Of a stretch of DNA of 64,000 nucleotides, positions 59,814 to 64,000 are shown in pieces (the first letter of the stretch is position 1; each line of letters opens with the position of its first letter). The DNA lies in the NCBI GenBank assembly GCA_040219575.1, contig JAVJSD010000014.1, positions 66,120-130,119 on the forward strand. The letters are read 5' to 3'. The translations under genes and the position numbers were made by a program. The notes under the pieces are model-generated. The model ran no database searches, was not told the DNA's origin, and was given only the letters and a program-made list of their open reading frames with translations. Source of the DNA: Pirellulaceae bacterium. GTDB lineage: Bacteria; Planctomycetota; Planctomycetia; Pirellulales; Pirellulaceae.

Positions 59814-61532
59814 GTGCGTGCTCGAATTCCGCCCCACTCTGATTTGACAGCCGAACACACTCCTAATAGCAACGACGCCAGCCCCGCCGAGCCGCCGGTG
59901 CGCGTGATGGCACTACACGCCCTCCTTTACTGCGAGCGGCTCTTTTACCTTGAAGAGGTCGAGGAGATCCGCGTGGCCGACGGGGCGGTGTATGCGGGTC
60001 GCCGACTGCACGACAACGTGGTTCCCCTCGAGGACGAAACTCCCGAGTATCGATCCATAGAACTGGGCAGCGACGACTGGGGCATTTTGGGCAAGGCCGA
60101 CGCCGTGCGCAGGCGCGATGGAAAGTGGGTCGCGTACGAACACAAACGCGGCCGCTGTCGGCGCGATGAAAACAATCGCCCCGCCGCCTGGCTGAGCGAC
60201 CGCATGCAGGCAATCGCCTACGCGGTTCTGATAGAGGAGGCGCTTGGCGAGCCCGTGCTACAATCGCGGGTCCGCTATCACGCCGACAACGTCACTGCGT
60301 TCGTCGATATCAACGATCAGGCTCGCCAGGATCTGCGCAGCGCCGTCGAACGAGCCCGGTCGTTGCGGCGCACCACGCAGCGCCCGCCTGTTGCCGAGAA
60401 CGAAAACCTCTGCCGCCGCTGTTCGCTGGCGCCGGTCTGCCTGCCGGAGGAGGAACGATTGGCGGCGGCGGTCAAAGCAGAGACCCCACCGCCTGCGCGA
60501 CTGTTTCCTTCGGATCGGCGCAAGCAATCGCTGCATCTACTATCGCCCCGCACTCGGCTTGGGCGCAGCGGCAAGACGCTGGTGGTGACCACCGACGAGG
60601 GCAAGGAAAAAGTTCCCGTCAACGACATTGACTCCGTTGTTGTGCATGGTTTCGCCCAGGTGACCACCCAAGCGATTCATCTCTGCGCCAGCCACGACGT
60701 TTCTATCGCGTGGCTCACGGGCGGCGGCAGGTTTGCAGCGGGTACGGCGGCCTCAGCCGGCCGAGTTCAGCAGCGACTGCGACAGTATCACGCACTGGCC
60801 GACGACGCGTTCCGGCTTAAACTGGCACGGCAGCTTGTCCACGCAAAGGTTGAGACGCAACTGCGATACTTGTTGCGGGCAACTCGAGGCAACCAGGCCG
60901 CCCGTGAAGCTTCCCGGCCAGAGATCGAGCAGATTCGAGAGGCGATAAAACGCATTGTGAAGGCGACTTCAATCCCGACTTTGCTCGGATTGGAAGGAAT
61001 CGCCGCCAAGGCGTATTTCGCCTGCGTGCCGCGACTGCTCGGCGACCAGGCCGACGACAAGTTGCGGCCGTCTGGCCGGTCGAAACATCCGCCTGGTGAC
61101 CGCTTTAACGCGGCGCTCAGCTTTGGTTACGCCCTTGTGCAGTCACTCGTTATGCGCAGCGCGCTGGCCGTCGGCCTGGAGCCGGCGTTCGGCTTCTACC
61201 ACCAGCCGCGCACGGCAGCCCATCCTCTCGTGCTGGACGTGATGGAGTTGTATCGCACGCCACTCTGGGAGATGCCCTTGATAGGCAGCATCAATCGCGG
61301 GCAATGGCAGCCCGACGAGGATTTTTCGGTGACGCGCCAGCAGGTCTGGCTTTCGGAGTCGGGCCGTAAGAAGGCTTTGCAATTGTTCGAGCAGCGCTTG
61401 CAGGAATCGTACCGGCACCCGTACACCGGGCAGTCGCTGACCTACGCCCGGCTGGTCGAGCTGGAGGTGCGGTTGCTGGAAAAGGAGTGGACCGGCTGTC
61501 CAGGAGTCTTCGCCCAGATGCGATTGAGGTGA
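59814..61532 (+). CDS. cas4-cas1: Cas4-Cas1 fusion protein
   Basis: N-terminal Cas4 (ALHALLYCERLFYLEEV, and the C-terminal Fe-S cysteine cluster CRRCSLAPVC), followed by a Cas1 integrase domain. Confidence 0.85.
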   Translation: MRARIPPHSDLTAEHTPNSNDASPAEPPVRVMALHALLYCERLFYLEEVEEIRVADGAVYAGRRLHDNVVPLEDETPEYRSIELGSDDWGILGKADAVRRRDGKWVAYEHKRGRCRRDENNRPAAWLSDRMQAIAYAVLIEEALGEPVLQSRVRYHADNVTAFVDINDQARQDLRSAVERARSLRRTTQRPPVAENENLCRRCSLAPVCLPEEERLAAAVKAETPPPARLFPSDRRKQSLHLLSPRTRLGRSGKTLVVTTDEGKEKVPVNDIDSVVVHGFAQVTTQAIHLCASHDVSIAWLTGGGRFAAGTAASAGRVQQRLRQYHALADDAFRLKLARQLVHAKVETQLRYLLRATRGNQAAREASRPEIEQIREAIKRIVKATSIPTLLGLEGIAAKAYFACVPRLLGDQADDKLRPSGRSKHPPGDRFNAALSFGYALVQSLVMRSALAVGLEPAFGFYHQPRTAAHPLVLDVMELYRTPLWEMPLIGSINRGQWQPDEDFSVTRQQVWLSESGRKKALQLFEQRLQESYRHPYTGQSLTYARLVELEVRLLEKEWTGCPGVFAQMRLR

Positions 61533-61535
61533 ACG

Positions 61536-61832
61536 ATGGCGGCCAAGCAATGGCACCTGATTACGTACGATGTGCGTGACCCCAAGCGACTGCGGCGGGT
61601 TGCCAAGCTGCTTGAATCGTACGGCACACGGGTGCAATACAGCGTGTTTCGCTGCCGCCTGGACGCCCTGGCGCTGGAAAAGTTGACTTGGGAGTTGAAC
61701 CAACTGATGGATGAGGTCGACGACTTGTTGGTGATTCCCCTCTGTCGCCAATGCGCGGGCAAAGTGCCGACGCATTCGACGGGCGACCAATCACACTGGG
61801 TGGACGCTCCACCGGCGTTTCGGATTGTGTAG
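61536..61832 (+). CDS. cas2: Cas2
   Basis: MAAKQWHLITYDVRDPKRLRRVAKLLESYGTRVQYSVF is typical of Cas2. Confidence 0.85.
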   Translation: MAAKQWHLITYDVRDPKRLRRVAKLLESYGTRVQYSVFRCRLDALALEKLTWELNQLMDEVDDLLVIPLCRQCAGKVPTHSTGDQSHWVDAPPAFRIV

Positions 61833-62187
61833 CGTTCAGCTTCGTTGGGCCATCCAACGCATCGCAGCGAGTGTGCAAGCTCAGGCGGCAGGTCTTGCAG
61901 CGTCATGAGATCACAAATCATGCATCTCCCCGTGGTGGAGAACTATGGCGCGTATTCTGGGCGAACGCTTTGCCCCTCCGCAATTTGCATTTATATCGAG
62001 AATCAATCGAGCGTGAGCGTCATTGGCGGAAACGCAGACTTCCTTCAGGCTATAGCTTTGCGTCGTCGCTTCGCCTTCACAGCCATCGCCGACCACTGTT
62101 CGCCAGCACGAAACTTCGTCGGCTTTGCTCAATGCCTGAATTTGCCTTGCGCAAACCCAGTCAGTATAACGACTTGCACTTGGTGCC

Positions 62188-64000
62188 GTGTCCGCTTCGT
62201 TGATGCCGAAAGGCGTTGAGCACATGCCGCGTGCCGTTGATGCGGCTTGGCGTTGCAGGTGTGTCCGCTTCGTTGATGCCGAAAGGCGTTGAGCACTTGA
62301 GCACGGCCCGCGAGACCACGCAGCTGATGCGTGTCCGCTTCGTTGATGCCGAAAGGCGTTGAGCACGAAGACAAATGCCCTGAGCGGTTCCACGCGAGCC
62401 CGGTGTCCGCTTCGTTGATGCCGAAAGGCGTTGAGCACACGCCGCCCAAACGACCGACAAGAACGCGAAACACTGGTGTCCGCTTCGTTGATGCCGAAAG
62501 GCGTTGAGCACTTGAGCATCGGGCGATTTCAGGAAAACGGCAGCAGCAGTGTCCGCTTCGTTGATGCCGAAAGGCGTTGAGCACTACCAACCGCTCATCC
62601 CGAACGCGGCGCAGCAGACGTGTCCGCTTCGTTGATGCCGAAAGGCGTTGAGCACTGCTTCGAGCTATTCATCGTCGCGGCGTTGATCGAGGTGTCCGCT
62701 TCGTTGATGCCGAAAGGCGTTGAGCACTCCCCCATGGCAGCGTTGTATCGGCGGAGGAATTGTGTCCGCTTCGTTGATGCCGAAAGGCGTTGAGCACTCG
62801 TACCGCCGCATCAGTTCATGGGCGAGTGCTTCGTGTGTCCGCTTCGTTGATGCCGAAAGGCGTTGAGCACTTGAACCACAAGCTGCTGCTAGCCGTGTTC
62901 GCCGATGTGTCCGCTTCGTTGATGCCGAAAGGCGTTGAGCACTAGTGGGCGGTCTCGATCTTCGCCGGCGAGACCAAGTGTCCGCTTCGTTGATGCCGAA
63001 AGGCGTTGAGCACCTGGGGATGCCTACCGCCGCTGCCCGCGATGGTGTGTCCGCTTCGTTGATGCCGAAAGGCGTTGAGCACTTCAAAGCCGGATCGCCG
63101 AAAGCAACGAGCAATTGTGTCCGCTTCGTTGATGCCGAAAGGCGTTGAGCACTTTCTGACCGTTCGCTCGATCGACAAGGGGCTCGCTGTGTCCGCTTCG
63201 TTGATGCCGAAAGGCGTTGAGCACAGGCACGACGCGCCGCCGAATTTGGATTGCGCCGTAGTGTCCGCTTCGTTGATGCCGAAAGGCGTTGAGCACCGAC
63301 CGGGGAGGCATCCACACTGCAAGACCGTTTCGGTGTCCGCTTCGTTGATGCCGAAAGGCGTTGAGCACCTGCACCTACGAAAAAAGGGCCGACGCGAATA
63401 CGCGCCGTGTCCGCTTCGTTGATGCCGAAAGGCGTTGAGCACCTTTGATAGGTGCTGGTCATGTCGGGTTGCGGTAAGTGTCCGCTTCGTTGATGCCGAA
63501 CGGCGTTGAGCACCAGTCATTACCGACCCAGTATGGCCGAACGCCCCGGTGTCCGCTTCGTTGATGCCGAAAGGCGTTGAGCACTCGGGAACCGTGACCT
63601 TGTAGTCCTGTGATGCCGTGTGTCCGCTTCGTTGATGCCGAAAGGCGTTGAGCACCCTTCGTTGCAAGCGTTGCCTGCGGATCGCTCGGTTGTGTCCGCT
63701 TCGTTGATGCCGAAAGGCGTTGAGCACAAGAATATCCGGACACGTTCGACGTCGAAGCGATCGCGTGTCCGCTTCGTTGATGCCGAAAGGCGTTGAGCAC
63801 GAACGCTTCCCGTTTGGCCCCCCGGCGCATCCCAGTGTCCGCTTCGTTGATGCCGAAAGGCGTTGAGCACATTCAATTACTCCCTGGGGGTCGCTTGGTT
63901 GGTTCGTGTCCGCTTCGTTGATGCCGAAAGGCGTTGAGCACTTTGACCAGAAAGAGCGCGAGCTGCTCAAGCGGCTCGCGTGTCCGCTTCGTTGATGCCG
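62188..64000 (+). CRISPR. CRISPR array, 36-bp repeat GTGTCCGCTTCGTTGATGCCGAAAGGCGTTGAGCAC, at least 26 repeats (last truncated by the window), 35-37-bp spacers
   Basis: Repeats and spacers counted directly in the sequence, period ~71.6 bp. About 350 bp of AT-richer leader lies between cas2 and the first repeat. One variant repeat at 63478 (AAAGG to AACGG). Transcription direction is inferred from leader position only. Confidence 0.95.

Noticed and set aside
61833-62187. Small ORFs (e.g. 61845..62219) between cas2 and the first repeat
   Set aside because: Region behaves as CRISPR leader (AT-richer, directly abutting the first repeat). The ORFs have no motifs.
62129-63970. Multiple 100-340-aa ORFs inside the CRISPR array (e.g. 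62942..63970 minus)
   Set aside because: Products are periodic translations of the 36-bp repeat (…CSTPFGINEADT… / …LNAFRHQRSGH…). Artefacts of the array.

Overview
The window is a high-GC (about 65%) chromosomal segment most consistent with a Planctomycetota (Pirellulales-like) genome. Basis: paired PSCyt/DUF1549/DUF1553 + DUF1501 genes, formylglycine-type sulfatases with the C-x-P-x-R signature, Tat-signal proteins, and the housekeeping genes cysD/cysNC, leuC/leuD, selA, maf and an rluA-family gene. The first ~34 kb is host backbone. It carries seven loci of a ~65-bp double-hairpin REP-like element, and a GxxExxY gene cassette bounded by 45-bp inverted repeats inserted between cysD and cysNC. 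From ~34.4 kb to the window end the GC content drops (eyeballed ~50-58%) and REP copies disappear. That part is a mosaic defence/mobile island: an IS1380-family IS; a compact ABC-ATPase + mini-Toprim pair (PARIS/OLD-like); a 5'-truncated serine hydrolase; an IS630 transposase stub; an uncharacterised HEPN-like + PD-(D/E)xK-like gene pair; DUF427, oxidoreductase, PIN and cupin genes; a 1545-aa Avs-like STAND NTPase with an Mrr-like N-terminal nuclease; a vWA-containing two-gene cassette; a DnaG-like Toprim fragment; and a WYL-domain regulator. It ends in a complete type I CRISPR-Cas locus (cas6-cas3-cas8-cas7-cas5-cas4/cas1 fusion-cas2) followed by a 36-bp-repeat CRISPR array with at least 26 repeats that runs off the window end. 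Many long ORFs in the supplied track are antisense/high-GC artefacts and were not annotated. All domain assignments come from motif reading by eye; no searches were run.
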